Assembly: GCA_001304505.1 (NCBI GenBank)
Contig: LJUQ01000012.1
Location: 1-61,418, forward strand
Length of the DNA: 61,418 nucleotides
Source: Bacteroides sp. SM23_62_1
Lineage (GTDB): Bacteria > Bacteroidota > Bacteroidia > Bacteroidales > SM23-62
Direction of reading: 5' to 3'
This document shows, piece after piece, positions 10,364 to 21,281 of this stretch (the stretch's first letter is position 1; each line of letters starts with the position of its first letter). Made by a program: the position numbers and the translations under genes. The notes under the pieces were generated by a model. The model saw only the letters and a list, made by a program, of their open reading frames with translations, was not told the DNA's origin and made no database searches.

Positions 10364-10410
10364 AATGTCTGTAACGTGCTTTGAGTTTAGAATTTATTGA
10401 TCGCTATATA

Positions 10411-10418
10411 CAAATTTA
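10411..10418 (-). promoter_or_regulatory. Bacteroidota -7 promoter element (TAAATTTG) upstream of rpoN
   Basis: Matches the TAnnTTTG consensus on the minus strand. Confidence 0.45.
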
Positions 10419-10493
10419 AACTTTTTGCAGAAGAAAAGTTACAAAAAATCCTTCAATTCTATTGCCTTGCAGGCCGTTAAAGTCCTGTTCGTA

Positions 10494-11906
10494 TTAAAAC
10501 TCTGCATTATTGGGTGTTCTTGGAAAAGGAATTACATCCCGGATATTATTCATGCCGGAGATGAATAACATAAATCTCTCAAAGCCAAGCCCAAACCCGC
10601 TATGGGGTGCAGTACCAAATTTCCTGGTTTCAAGATACCACCACAGATCCTTCTCAGGAAGGTTTAGTTCAAGAATTCTTTGTCGCAATTTTTCATAATT
10701 TTCTTCCCTCTGCGAACCGCCAATGATTTCACCGATCTTAGGGAATAATACATCCAGGGCCCTCACTGTCAATCCATCATCATTCTGCTTCATATAAAAG
10801 GCCTTGATATCCTTCGGATAATCAGTAAGCATGACCGGTTTTCTGAAATGTTTCTCAACAAGATACCTTTCATGTTCCGATTGAAGATCCTTTCCCCATT
10901 CAACAGGGAATTCAAATGGCTGATCAGCCTTTTTGAGGATTTCAATTGCTTCACTGTAAACTGTACGGACAAAATCATGAGCTAGAACAAAATCCAATCT
11001 CTCAATAAGCCCATCATCATACATCTTCTGAAGGAATTCAAGGTCTGTCATACAATGGTCAAGAATATAACGTATAAGGTACTTCAGCAGATCTTCAGCA
11101 AGGTCCATATTGTCATGAATGTCATAGAAAGCCATCTCCGGTTCTATCATCCAGAATTCTGCGAGGTGTCGTGGTGTGTTTGAATTTTCTGCTCTGAATG
11201 TGGGTCCAAAGGTATATATAGTTGACAACGCAAGAGCTCCCGTTTCTCCTTCAAGCTGTCCCGAAACGGTCAGGTTTGTTTCTTTTCCAAAAAAATCCTC
11301 ATTAAAATCTACTTTTCCGTCTTTAGTTAATGGTGGTGATTTTGGATCAAGGGTTGTCACCCTGAACATCTCTCCCGCTCCTTCACAATCGGACCCGGTA
11401 ATGATAGGGGTATGCATATAATAAAAACCCTTATCATTAAAATATTTATGGATAGCATAAGAAAGATGGTGCCGGAGCCTGAGTATGGCACCAAACGTAT
11501 TTGTTCGTGGTCTGAGATGTGCGATTTCCCGAAGGAATTCCAGGGAATGTCCTTTTTTCTGAAGAGGATATGTTTCCGGATCAGCCGGTCCGTATAGCGT
11601 AATTTCGTCTGCATGTAATTCAACTTCTTGCCCTTTACCGGGCGATTCCGCAAGCTTCCCCCGCACCTCAATGCAGGTCCCTGTCGACATCTTTTCCAGG
11701 ATCTCTTCCTTAAACTTTGGAACATCTGCCACTACCTGAAGGTTATGTACAATGCTTCCATCATTGATGGCAATGAAAGCAATCTTATTGTTTCCTCTTT
11801 TTGTACGTACCCATCCCTTAACAATAATTTCCTTCTCTGTTTCCTTTTGTTCAAGAATATCCCTTATCTTTTTCCTGTAGAGCTCCTTCATTGTTTTATC
11901 CTCCAA
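10494..11906 (-). CDS. asnS: Asparagine--tRNA ligase
   Basis: 'GWVRTKR', 'LTVSGQL', '[21 protein letters not shown]', 'GFGLGFER', 'IPFPRTP'. Confidence 0.97.
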   Translation of the reverse strand: MEDKTMKELYRKKIRDILEQKETEKEIIVKGWVRTKRGNNKIAFIAINDGSIVHNLQVVADVPKFKEEILEKMSTGTCIEVRGKLAESPGKGQEVELHADEITLYGPADPETYPLQKKGHSLEFLREIAHLRPRTNTFGAILRLRHHLSYAIHKYFNDKGFYYMHTPIITGSDCEGAGEMFRVTTLDPKSPPLTKDGKVDFNEDFFGKETNLTVSGQLEGETGALALSTIYTFGPTFRAENSNTPRHLAEFWMIEPEMAFYDIHDNMDLAEDLLKYLIRYILDHCMTDLEFLQKMYDDGLIERLDFVLAHDFVRTVYSEAIEILKKADQPFEFPVEWGKDLQSEHERYLVEKHFRKPVMLTDYPKDIKAFYMKQNDDGLTVRALDVLFPKIGEIIGGSQREENYEKLRQRILELNLPEKDLWWYLETRKFGTAPHSGFGLGFERFMLFISGMNNIRDVIPFPRTPNNAEF

Positions 11907-12184
11907 AAAATGAAATACAAAAATAATTATTTCCAGCAGAAGTTATGCTGATAATATCCGGTTGTTTTACTCCGCCGCAATTGCCTTATGAAATGTGTCG
12001 GATAAGCAATGAAGTGATCATGTTTATATCTCCGGAACTTAAATATTTTCAAAGATTGTATGACTGGTATTTTTGAAGTGAGGTAATCACTTTACAGAGA
12101 ATGATTAAAAGTTGGCCTATCTGAATTTTTGAAAATAAAAAGAATGAATTAAATTTATACATCTTTCAGATTGAATCCGGTTCA

Positions 12185-13033
12185 ATGGAAAAAGACAGGA
12201 ATACCATACTGGTCACATGGGACTACACAGAACTGTCGGAATATGCTCTTATGCATGCTATACGGATTGCCAGAATGGTTGAAAATAACGTCCGTATCAT
12301 TCATATTATTGATCCGAATGCAGCAAAGAGAAGTTATAACGAGGTTGAAGAACGTTTCCGAAAGACAATTGAGGAATTACAGGAGAAATATAATTTCCCC
12401 CTGGAAACTGTTATTTTGACCGGTAAGATTTTTTCAGAAATTTCGAGGTATGCCAGTGATTCTGATGCCAACATGGTTATTATGGGCACACATGGTATCA
12501 AAGGGGTTCAAAGATTTACCGGCAGCTGGGCATTAAGAGTAATTGCCGGTTCAACCATCCCTTTTATTGTAGTTCAGGATAAACCCCATACCGAAGACCG
12601 TTTCAGAAGTATTGTGTTCCCGATTGATTTTAAAGCTGAGAACAAGGAAAAACTCCAATGGGTAATATTCCTTGGTAAGTACTTTGACTCAAAAGTATAT
12701 TTATTTAAACCTCCCGTCAGTGATAAGGGGCTTCAGAAAAAGGTTAATATTAACCTGAATTTTACTGTAAAATTCCTGATCCAGAATAACCTTGAATATG
12801 AAATACATACAGCTTCAAAATCATCAAAATTTGCACAGGAAACCCTTGATTTTGCTCAGAAAGTAAATGCTGACCTGATCCTCATTACAACCACAAAACA
12901 TATTAATTTTGCAGATCTGATATTTGGTGCACAGGAGCAGTTTATTATTGCAAACAGTTCAAAGATACCTGTTATGTGTGTTAATCCCCGAGCTGCATAT
13001 GCTCATGTCGGGCAATTCATGTGGGGAAGATAA
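12185..13033 (+). CDS. Universal stress protein (tandem Usp domains)
   Basis: 'ILVTWDYTELS', 'MVIMGTHG', 'IVFPIDF', 'IPVMCVNP'. Confidence 0.88.
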   Translation: MEKDRNTILVTWDYTELSEYALMHAIRIARMVENNVRIIHIIDPNAAKRSYNEVEERFRKTIEELQEKYNFPLETVILTGKIFSEISRYASDSDANMVIMGTHGIKGVQRFTGSWALRVIAGSTIPFIVVQDKPHTEDRFRSIVFPIDFKAENKEKLQWVIFLGKYFDSKVYLFKPPVSDKGLQKKVNINLNFTVKFLIQNNLEYEIHTASKSSKFAQETLDFAQKVNADLILITTTKHINFADLIFGAQEQFIIANSSKIPVMCVNPRAAYAHVGQFMWGR

Positions 13034-13043
13034 AAAAGTTATT

Positions 13044-14027
13044 TTACTGGCACTGTAATACATTATCCATCTTATGTTTGACATTACTGGTATAAGGCTC
13101 ATATAAAGCATTTTTGAACGCTTCACATGCCTTATTGTACTCAACAATGCCAACATATGCATTCCCCAGTTCAAAATATATCCTGGCTTTCTTTTCCGGT
13201 TCACTATCATCATATGCAAGTGCCTTTTCAGCATTTTCTATAGCTTTATCATACTCCAGCTGCTTATTGTATATTGCTGATAAATAGTAATAAGGTTCAG
13301 CATATTGATCATCATATTTCATTGAAGCATTGAGCAGGTTGATCGCTGATTCATAATTTTCTTCTTTCAGGGCTTTCACTCCTGCAATAACAAGGTAATC
13401 CCTGGCTGTTTTAACGGCTGCTTCAGCAGTCTTTTCATCACCGGATGTTTTTCCTGATTCAATAGCTTTATCAAGTGCCGTAAACATATTTTCCTCCTGC
13501 TCAAGTTTCCTGTAAACCACTCCCATACTGTAATAAGCCTTTGTATAATCCGGTAAATATTCAATTGCTTTATCAAAACTGGCAAGGGCTTCTTCATATT
13601 CTTCATCCTTTGCCTGTGTATTACCCTTTACATAGTAAAGTTGCGGGATATAGTTTAACGACTTTGTTTTAATATCATCATTGCCATACTGTTCGCATGT
13701 TGTAACTGTCTTCTCAAACCATGAAATTGCACCATCAATATCTTTTTCTTTGTATTTATCAAGTGCAATACGATAATGAATGGTTGGTAACTGTTCCTGG
13801 GCTTTCCCTTTCATTTCTTCACCCTCAGATCCAAGCTGGTCTGCCAGCTGAACACATTCTTCAAATTTTGAAATAGCAGTTTCGAAATTTCCAGCATTAA
13901 TTTCTTCAGCACCTGCATTAAAGGCATTGATAACATCTGCCAACGTCTGTGCACGTATCAAAGTTGATACTAAAAGAAGGACAGCAATTGGCGTTAACCT
14001 GAGTAAATGATTCTTCTTGTAATTCAT
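13044..14027 (-). CDS. Exported tetratricopeptide repeat protein
   Basis: Signal peptide; TPR motifs such as 'YEEALASFDKAIEYLPDYTKAYYSMGVVY'. Confidence 0.85.
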   Translation of the reverse strand: MNYKKNHLLRLTPIAVLLLVSTLIRAQTLADVINAFNAGAEEINAGNFETAISKFEECVQLADQLGSEGEEMKGKAQEQLPTIHYRIALDKYKEKDIDGAISWFEKTVTTCEQYGNDDIKTKSLNYIPQLYYVKGNTQAKDEEYEEALASFDKAIEYLPDYTKAYYSMGVVYRKLEQEENMFTALDKAIESGKTSGDEKTAEAAVKTARDYLVIAGVKALKEENYESAINLLNASMKYDDQYAEPYYYLSAIYNKQLEYDKAIENAEKALAYDDSEPEKKARIYFELGNAYVGIVEYNKACEAFKNALYEPYTSNVKHKMDNVLQCQ

Positions 14028-14264
14028 AACTGTGCGATTTTAATTTTCAGTCAAACATTTGATTTTTAAATAATTATATAATTTTTATTTATTAATAATA
14101 TTTTCTATTCAGGGATTAGAAAATTTCTATTGATTGTTAACTTCATTCCATTACTCCACTTTCTGCCTGGATATGAACTGCAAAAATAAGATTTTAAGTT
14201 AAATAAGGTAGATTATCATTTTTTTTTCACATATAATTAAATTTGAACCAGAAATCATTCCATA

Positions 14265-15701
14265 ATGAACCTACAGATTCTGATCCCATTTTTTCTTTAT
14301 TTTCTTGTTGTTATTCTTATAGGTGTTTTTGCCACACGTTTTTCCTCAAGGGGAATTTCAGAGTTTTTTCTTGGTGGGCGATCAATGGGGCGTTTTGTGG
14401 TAGCCCTTTCTGCAGTTGTTTCAGGTAGAAGTGCATGGCTGCTTCTGGGATTTACAGGTATGGCCTACACAATGGGATTATCAGCTGTATGGGCAGTTGC
14501 CGGTTATACAATCGTTGAATTTGTTCTGTTTCTTCTGTATGCTCCCAGGATTAGAAAATTCAGCGAGGAAAATGATTGTATTACACTTCCGGATTTTTAT
14601 GCCGCACGGTTCAGGGACCAGTCAGGCAGCCTGAGAATCATCATTATCATCATCTTTATGATCTTTATGGTTACATATGTGTCGGCTCAATTTGTTGGTG
14701 GTGGAAAAGCATTTTTTGCAAATTTTGGTTTAAATCAAAATACAGGATTACTGATAACAGCTGCTATCATTCTTATCTATACCATACTTGGTGGCTTTCT
14801 TGCAGTTAGTCTTACAGATGTTCTCCAGGCATTCATCATGATTATTGGCCTCATCGGTTTACCCTTATATGGTATCATTAAACTGGGTGGATGGAATGAT
14901 CTGACAAATAATTTGCTTAAAATCGACAATGATTTCTTCAATTCTTTTGCATTAACGGCAGGCATGCTGGCAGGATTCCTGGGGATTGGCCTTGGATCAC
15001 CTGGCAATCCGCATATAATAATACGCTATATGTCTATCAGGGATCCATCACAATTTAACTGGACTGCCATTGTAGGTACAGTCTGGAACATTTTACTGGC
15101 TGCCGGTGCATTATTTACCGGACTTGTTGGCAGGGCATATTTCTCCTCCCCATCCTTATTACCTGATGCAGATGCAGAAAATGTTTATATTACCCTTGCC
15201 AATGAATTGTTACATCCTGTAGCAGTTGGCCTTATCCTGGCTTCAATTTTCGCAGCTATTATGTCCACAGCTGATTCACAACTACTTGTGGCAGCCTCAA
15301 GTATTGTGAGGGACCTGTATGAAAAGATACTTCTAAAAGGCAAACAAATATCACAAAAAAAACTTGCCCTGATGAGCAGGTTTGTTGTGATTATTCTTGT
15401 TCTGATTGCTGTTATTCTTGGAATTTTAATTGAAGACCTGGTATTCTGGTTCGTCCTGTTTGCATGGGCCGGGCTGGGAGCATCTATCGGCCCTACATCC
15501 ATACTTGCCCTTTTCTGGGAACGCACAACAAAGCCCGGAATTATTGCAGGATTAATTACAGGAACCCTGACAGTCTTTGTCTGGAAAATTGTGCCGGCAT
15601 TAAATAATCTAATGTATGAGCTAATACCTGCATTTTTTATTTCATTACTCATCACAATCCTGGTAAGTTACATGAGTGGCCGTAAAAAAGTAATCAATTG
15701 A
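14265..15701 (+). CDS. Sodium:solute symporter, PutP (Na+/proline)-like
   Basis: 'FFLGGRSMG', 'SAWLLLG', 'GGFLAVSLTDVLQ', 'PHIIIRYM', 'AAIMSTADSQLL', 'AWAGLGA'. Confidence 0.85.
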   Translation: MNLQILIPFFLYFLVVILIGVFATRFSSRGISEFFLGGRSMGRFVVALSAVVSGRSAWLLLGFTGMAYTMGLSAVWAVAGYTIVEFVLFLLYAPRIRKFSEENDCITLPDFYAARFRDQSGSLRIIIIIIFMIFMVTYVSAQFVGGGKAFFANFGLNQNTGLLITAAIILIYTILGGFLAVSLTDVLQAFIMIIGLIGLPLYGIIKLGGWNDLTNNLLKIDNDFFNSFALTAGMLAGFLGIGLGSPGNPHIIIRYMSIRDPSQFNWTAIVGTVWNILLAAGALFTGLVGRAYFSSPSLLPDADAENVYITLANELLHPVAVGLILASIFAAIMSTADSQLLVAASSIVRDLYEKILLKGKQISQKKLALMSRFVVIILVLIAVILGILIEDLVFWFVLFAWAGLGASIGPTSILALFWERTTKPGIIAGLITGTLTVFVWKIVPALNNLMYELIPAFFISLLITILVSYMSGRKKVIN

Positions 15702-15870
15702 GATAGCGAATATTTGATAAAATCAAAAATAATTGTTTTAAAAAATTTGTAAAGAAGTGCTATGGCATGGCTCTTTAGAATTTATAAATACCCATCTGTC
15801 CCCTGTAAGATAATTTCTGTGATAGCATAACCCGTATTTTTTAATTATTTTCGCCTGTTAATTTCCTGTA

Positions 15871-16785
15871 ATGTCTATCCTCACCAAGGAAATATCTAAA
15901 CGGTATGGCGAACAGCTTGCACTGGATCATGTGTCATTTAAGGTCCGGAAGGGAGAAATTGTTGGTTTAATTGGTCCCAATGGCGCCGGCAAATCGACAA
16001 TGTTTAAGATCCTCACAGGATATATTCCCCCAACATCGGGTGATGTTTATATGAACGACCTGGATATTGTAGAACATTCCCTGGAAATCAGAAAAATAAC
16101 AGGTTATCTTCCTGAACATAATCCCCTATACACAGAGATGTATGTGAGTGAATATTTGCACTACGTGGCCGGTTTATATGGTCTTCGAAACAAGGCTGGA
16201 AAGCTTGTCCCGGAGATTATTCTACGAACGGGGCTTGATATCGAACGAAAGAAAAGAATCGGGGAACTGTCAAAAGGTTTCCGCCAACGTATTGGACTTG
16301 CACAGGCTTTAATACATAATCCTGAAATTCTTATCCTCGACGAACCGACTTCCGGACTGGATCCCAATCAGATAATAGAAATCAGGAATCTTATTGCTGA
16401 ACTGGGAAAAGAAAAGACTGTATTGCTGTCAACACATATCATGCAGGAGGTGGAAGCGATTTGCGACAGAGTAATCATTATTGATAAGGGAAGGATTGTT
16501 GCCGATGAAGAATCAAAGAAAATAGGTCATCAGCTCCGGGAATCCACTCAAACAATTATTGTTGAATTCGACAGGGAGATAGATTCAGAAGATCTTCAGG
16601 AGATTCAGGGAACAGACCAGATAAAGAATATAGATAGGAATAGGTGGCTCATTCAGTCTTCTTCAGATAGGGATATCCGGGGTGAGATATTTGAACTGGC
16701 CGTCTCAAAAGGATATAAGGTCCTTTCTTTGCAGAAAAAGGAGAAAAGCCTTGAGGATGTTTTCAGGGATCTGACAACTTCATAA
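15871..16785 (+). CDS. gldA: Gliding motility-associated ABC transporter ATP-binding subunit
   Basis: Walker A 'GPNGAGKST', 'GYLPEHNPLY', 'LSKGFRQRIGLAQALIHNP', 'LSTHIMQEVEAICDRV', 'LEDVFRDLT'. Confidence 0.8.
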   Translation: MSILTKEISKRYGEQLALDHVSFKVRKGEIVGLIGPNGAGKSTMFKILTGYIPPTSGDVYMNDLDIVEHSLEIRKITGYLPEHNPLYTEMYVSEYLHYVAGLYGLRNKAGKLVPEIILRTGLDIERKKRIGELSKGFRQRIGLAQALIHNPEILILDEPTSGLDPNQIIEIRNLIAELGKEKTVLLSTHIMQEVEAICDRVIIIDKGRIVADEESKKIGHQLRESTQTIIVEFDREIDSEDLQEIQGTDQIKNIDRNRWLIQSSSDRDIRGEIFELAVSKGYKVLSLQKKEKSLEDVFRDLTTS

Positions 16786-16839
16786 ATTTTGGAATTACAA
16801 ACTATTATTACTTACTTCGTACCCTTTTAAAATACAAGA

Positions 16840-18111
16840 ATGAGTTACCTGTTTACATCAGAATCCGTTTCGGAAGGGCATCCTGACAAGATAGCTGATC
16901 AAATATCAGATGCATTGCTTGATGAGTTTCTAAGACGTGATCCGGAATCTAAAGTTGCTGTAGAAACACTTGTAACAACCGGGCTGGTCATGCTCAGCGG
17001 AGAAGTACATACAAATACCTATGTAGATGTCCAGCAAATAACCAGGGAAGTTATCCGGAAAATCGGATATACCAGAGCCGAATATATGTTCGATGCCGAT
17101 TCATGTGGTATTATCTCAACTATTCATGAACAATCACCCGATATCCGCCAGGGAGTGGAAAGAGGGGATGAACTGGAACAGGGGGCCGGAGATCAGGGAA
17201 TGATGTTCGGCTATGCCTGTACAGAAACGGATGATTATATGCCGCTTGCTTCCCAGATATCCCATATGTTGCTTCAGGAGCTGGCAGCAATAAGGAGGGA
17301 AAGTGAAAAAATGACCTATCTGCGCCCGGATTCAAAATCACAGGTTACAATAGAATACGACAAAAATAATCAACCTGCTAATATTCATACCATTGTTGTT
17401 TCAACCCAGCATGATCCCTTTGATTCAGATCAAAACAGAATGCTGGCCACCATTAAGGAAGATGTCAAGAATATCCTCATCCCGCGAATTAAATCAAGAT
17501 TACCTGAAAGGATACAAAAACTTTTCTCCGATAAGCTGGTCCTCCATGTGAATCCTACCGGTAAATTTGTTATCGGCGGACCACATGGTGATACCGGCCT
17601 CACTGGCAGGAAAATCATCGTGGATACCTATGGAGGAAAAGGTGCACATGGTGGTGGCGCTTTTTCTGGTAAAGATCCTTCAAAAGTTGATCGTTCCGGA
17701 GCATACGCCATGAGACATATTGCAAAAAACCTTGTCGCCGCAGGTGTAGCCGATGAAGTGATTGTCCAGGTCGCATATGCTATCGGAGTAGCCAGACCAA
17801 TAGGGTTGTTCCTGAATACCAATGGTACCTCCCATGTTCATTATACTGATGACGAGATTGCAAGAAAAATCCTGGATATTTTTGACCTCAGGCCCGCTGC
17901 TATTATTAATAAACTCGGACTTAAGAATCCGATCTATCTGCCAACTGCAGCATACGGACATATGGGAAGAGACCATTACCGAGACACTGTTGAAATTATT
18001 CATAATAGTAATTGTGACCGCGAAGAGAGAATTCGGAAAGATGTAGATTTTTTTACATGGGAAAAACTGGATAATGTTGACGACATAAAAAATATATTTG
18101 GAATAGGTTGA
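16840..18111 (+). CDS. metK: S-adenosylmethionine synthetase
   Basis: '[13 protein letters not shown]', 'GAGDQG', '[16 protein letters not shown]'. Confidence 0.97.
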   Translation: MSYLFTSESVSEGHPDKIADQISDALLDEFLRRDPESKVAVETLVTTGLVMLSGEVHTNTYVDVQQITREVIRKIGYTRAEYMFDADSCGIISTIHEQSPDIRQGVERGDELEQGAGDQGMMFGYACTETDDYMPLASQISHMLLQELAAIRRESEKMTYLRPDSKSQVTIEYDKNNQPANIHTIVVSTQHDPFDSDQNRMLATIKEDVKNILIPRIKSRLPERIQKLFSDKLVLHVNPTGKFVIGGPHGDTGLTGRKIIVDTYGGKGAHGGGAFSGKDPSKVDRSGAYAMRHIAKNLVAAGVADEVIVQVAYAIGVARPIGLFLNTNGTSHVHYTDDEIARKILDIFDLRPAAIINKLGLKNPIYLPTAAYGHMGRDHYRDTVEIIHNSNCDREERIRKDVDFFTWEKLDNVDDIKNIFGIG

Positions 18112-18169
18112 AAACTTTGCGGTATCCCTATTGTTATTCCTTACTTTTTATTAACGATCGTCTTTCATC

Positions 18170-18682
18170 ATGCAGGGAAAAAAATGGTACGCCATCTATA
18201 CAAAGCCCAGGTGGGAAAAAAAAGTGGCTGAATTGCTTCTTGAAAAAGGCATTGATCATTACCTGCCACTGCAAAAGGTATTAAAACAATGGAGCGACCG
18301 AAAGAAATGGGTCAGAGAACCATTATTTAAATCATATATATTTGTTTATATTACGCGGGAAGACTACCTTCCTTCACTCCAGACACCTGGTGTGGTCAGG
18401 TTTGTAACCTTCGAAAAAAAAGCTGTAACAATCCCACCGGTACAGATTGAAGCTATCAAAACTTTTATTGCCACGGGTGAAGAATTGACGGATGAGACCA
18501 TCCATGTGAAAATAGGCGACAGGGTTATAGTTACCCATGGAACACTTAAAGGATTGGAAGGAACACTTATTGAAATCTCAAAGAAAAAAAGACTCAGGAT
18601 CATGATCGAGGGAATACAACAATCCCTTCATCTTAAAATACCTGCCTCGTATATAAAGATCGTTAAGAATCCTAACTCCTGA
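18170..18682 (+). CDS. UpxY/NusG-family transcription antiterminator
   Basis: 'WYAIYTKPRWEKKV', 'WSDRKKWVREPLFKSYIFV', KOW 'GDRVIVTHGTLKGLEG'. Confidence 0.9.
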   Translation: MQGKKWYAIYTKPRWEKKVAELLLEKGIDHYLPLQKVLKQWSDRKKWVREPLFKSYIFVYITREDYLPSLQTPGVVRFVTFEKKAVTIPPVQIEAIKTFIATGEELTDETIHVKIGDRVIVTHGTLKGLEGTLIEISKKKRLRIMIEGIQQSLHLKIPASYIKIVKNPNS

Positions 18683-18899
18683 CAGAAATTTTCATTCCTT
18701 ATTTATTGAATGATTTCAATTGAATTTCCTGTATTATATCTGTATACTTATGTATTGTAAGCCTCTGAGGTTTATATAATATTAATACAACAAAAACACC
18801 AACCTGGGTACCATCGTGTGGTGATAAGTGGATTAAATATATACAAGCAGTTGAAGCAGACATTAATCAATATATCAATAACATAAAAATCTTTTAATC

Positions 18900-19301
18900 A
18901 TGAAACAAATTTACAATCTGATTATGATTCTTTCGCTTTTATTACTTGCTTCCTGTGGTGGCAGATCAGGACAGACAGGAACAGAAAGCGACCTGGAAGA
19001 AGATACCGGGGAATCTGTAGAGGTCAAAGACGGTGATGATAAAATAAGTAATTGTGACGAGTTCCTGGATAAGTATGAAGAATGGATGGACGAATATTTG
19101 AAATTTCTCGAAGATTATAAAAATAATCCTGCCGACGTTGAAATAAGTTCAAAGTTTGGTTCACTCATGGAAGAACTTGGTTCGTGGTCTACAAACTGGG
19201 TGACAATGTATCAGTGTGCCAATGAAGAGAAATATCAGCAAAGATATGAGGAAATTGCCAGGAAATCAGAGGAGAAGATGAAAGATCTCGGATTCGAGTA
19301 A
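18900..19301 (+). CDS. Lipoprotein, acidic helical (DUF6591-like)
   Basis: Lipobox LASC; 'DEFLDKYEEWMDEY'. Confidence 0.6.
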   Translation: MKQIYNLIMILSLLLLASCGGRSGQTGTESDLEEDTGESVEVKDGDDKISNCDEFLDKYEEWMDEYLKFLEDYKNNPADVEISSKFGSLMEELGSWSTNWVTMYQCANEEKYQQRYEEIARKSEEKMKDLGFE

Positions 19302-19303
19302 TA

Positions 19304-20317
19304 CTAGCTGCTCACATCCTGGAGAAACAATCGCGCTGTTTCCTGAATAGATTCATGTACCGGTATAAATCTTATTCCGGTTACTTTGATTATCTTCTCA
19401 TTTGAAAATTTTCTTTTTTCATTTGCCGCGGAAATAAATTCCATGGTTATGCGTCTTTTGTCACCACTAAACAGGCTCTTAAACCAGTCGAGGACACATA
19501 CTATCTGAATGATGATTGGCGAAGGTACCCTTGAAGGCAATGGTTTTCCCAGAGCTCCGGCAATCATTTCAAGTACTTCTTTATTTGTCAGATTTTCTGA
19601 CGTTATTATATATCTTTCTCCGGAATAATCTCCATTCATAAGGTGAATCATTACCTTTACCACATCCCTGACATCTACGTACCCCGTCATACCCTCAATA
19701 TAATATTTCAACCCTTTCCATACCACCTGAATCAATTGCCCACTGCTCCTGTGCCAGTTACCCGGGCCGACAATTACTGAAGGATTAACAATGACTGCAT
19801 TTAATCCTTCATTAATTGCACGCCAAACGATCATTTCAGACTTGTATTTACTGATAGAATAATATGAATGATGATGTGGACCTGTCCAGAGCTTTTCTTC
19901 AGTAACTTTTTCTTCCAGAACATTGTTTCCGAGTGTTGCCACAGAACTGACAAAACAAAGCTTTCTTACCTTGTGCTCCAAACAGGCGTTTACAACATTT
20001 TCAGTTCCTTCAATATTATTCCTCAGGATGGCCCGTTTGTCTGCAGGAGTAAACGAAACACGGGCGGCCAGATGATATACAAAATCCATCCCGCTAATAG
20101 CATCATGCACACTGTATGGGTCCGTTATATCAGCTTCAATCCATTCAATACGTGATAAAAGATCATCAGGATCATCCGTATAATAGCTGAAGGTTCTTTT
20201 AACATAATCAATACCATTCATATCACGGATCAGTGCCCTGACTTTCTTTTCTTCTTTCAGCAGGTTAAACAGAAGGTGAGAACCGACCAATCCTGTACCC
20301 CCGGTTATAAGAATCAT
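19304..20317 (-). CDS. NAD-dependent epimerase/dehydratase (extended SDR)
   Basis: 'TGGTGLVG', 'HLAA', 'YSISK', 'VDVRDV'. Confidence 0.9.
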   Translation of the reverse strand: MILITGGTGLVGSHLLFNLLKEEKKVRALIRDMNGIDYVKRTFSYYTDDPDDLLSRIEWIEADITDPYSVHDAISGMDFVYHLAARVSFTPADKRAILRNNIEGTENVVNACLEHKVRKLCFVSSVATLGNNVLEEKVTEEKLWTGPHHHSYYSISKYKSEMIVWRAINEGLNAVIVNPSVIVGPGNWHRSSGQLIQVVWKGLKYYIEGMTGYVDVRDVVKVMIHLMNGDYSGERYIITSENLTNKEVLEMIAGALGKPLPSRVPSPIIIQIVCVLDWFKSLFSGDKRRITMEFISAANEKRKFSNEKIIKVTGIRFIPVHESIQETARLFLQDVSS

Positions 20318-20498
20318 GTATTAACTTTTTGTATCTGCGAAAATATGAATTATTCTTTGTTTTAAGGTCAAAACAGGAAACGGAGGCTAAATGAATTCTC
20401 TGAAAAATATCTATTATCTCTGAAAAAAATGACCATAACATGACCGATATTTTTAACAATTCATCATTAAAGGGTATAAACCATTAAACTCTTAAATC

Positions 20499-20864
20499 AT
20501 GAAAAACGAAAATTTAATGAATTCCTCTTTTGGCCGTCTGTTGGGATCAGATCTTATACCCGATGAATTCAATAATCAACAGGATTTTAATTTGTTCTGT
20601 AAAATACATGATGAGATGAACAAGTTTTTACAAAACCTTAATCAAAGCAAGTATGATAGTTCATTGAACGACCGGATTCATTTACTTTTTATGGCTCTTA
20701 AAAATCTCGATAATGTTGAAAAAGAATTACTTGCCTCAAATTTTGCAGAGGAACTATTATATCAGGAAAAGATCATAGAGGATATTCATTCAATGAAACT
20801 GATGGTTATAGATTATATCAATGACCTTTCCGGAGAATTGAATCGCAATAATATGAATCCGTGA
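20499..20864 (+). CDS. Hypothetical helical protein
   Basis: 121-aa ORF with ATG and A-rich leader; no recognised motif. Confidence 0.5.
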   Translation: MKNENLMNSSFGRLLGSDLIPDEFNNQQDFNLFCKIHDEMNKFLQNLNQSKYDSSLNDRIHLLFMALKNLDNVEKELLASNFAEELLYQEKIIEDIHSMKLMVIDYINDLSGELNRNNMNP

Positions 20865-20891
20865 ATACAAGGTGTGTGTTAATATTATCTT

Positions 20892-21018
20892 TTCACGTAA
20901 GACAAATAGAATACAAAGTTTGCAAAGATCACATGTTTGTTAATCAAAACTTTGCGATCCCTGCCTGCTTCGCCAACTGGCGGATTCAGCAGGCAGTTTT
21001 GCGTCAGCTTTGCGTGAA
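20892..21018. repeat. Palindromic element with (CG)CAAAG / CTTTGCG units, interrupted by a 38-bp insert (20960-20997)
   Basis: Left ttcacgtaag..tacaaag..tgcaaag; right ctttgcg..[insert]..ctttgcgtgaa. Confidence 0.65.
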
Positions 21019-21281
21019 GTCTTAAATTTAAGTTGTGACATACCTCCGGTTACATTTATATCTGGCATGAATGCTATTATTTCTCAAACTACGTTATACA
21101 TTAATTAATTTTCCTATGTAAAAAGTTTAAATTTGTCTTTATTAATCAACAAATTTACACTTTACAGCAGGGAACTCCCATGAACTTTTTTCATGAGTTC
21201 TTGAGTAGTTTTTCATGAAAAAACTTCATGTCCGTTAATAAATTGCACAACAGGTCAAATCTTAAACTAAAACGAATAATT

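Noticed and set aside
16786-16839. SAM riboswitch before metK
   Set aside because: The 54-bp AT-rich gap is too short and shows no SAM-I or SAM-II motifs.
21046-21281. FMN riboswitch before riboflavin synthase
   Set aside because: No AGGGC.GGGTGAAATTCCC-type RFN core is visible.
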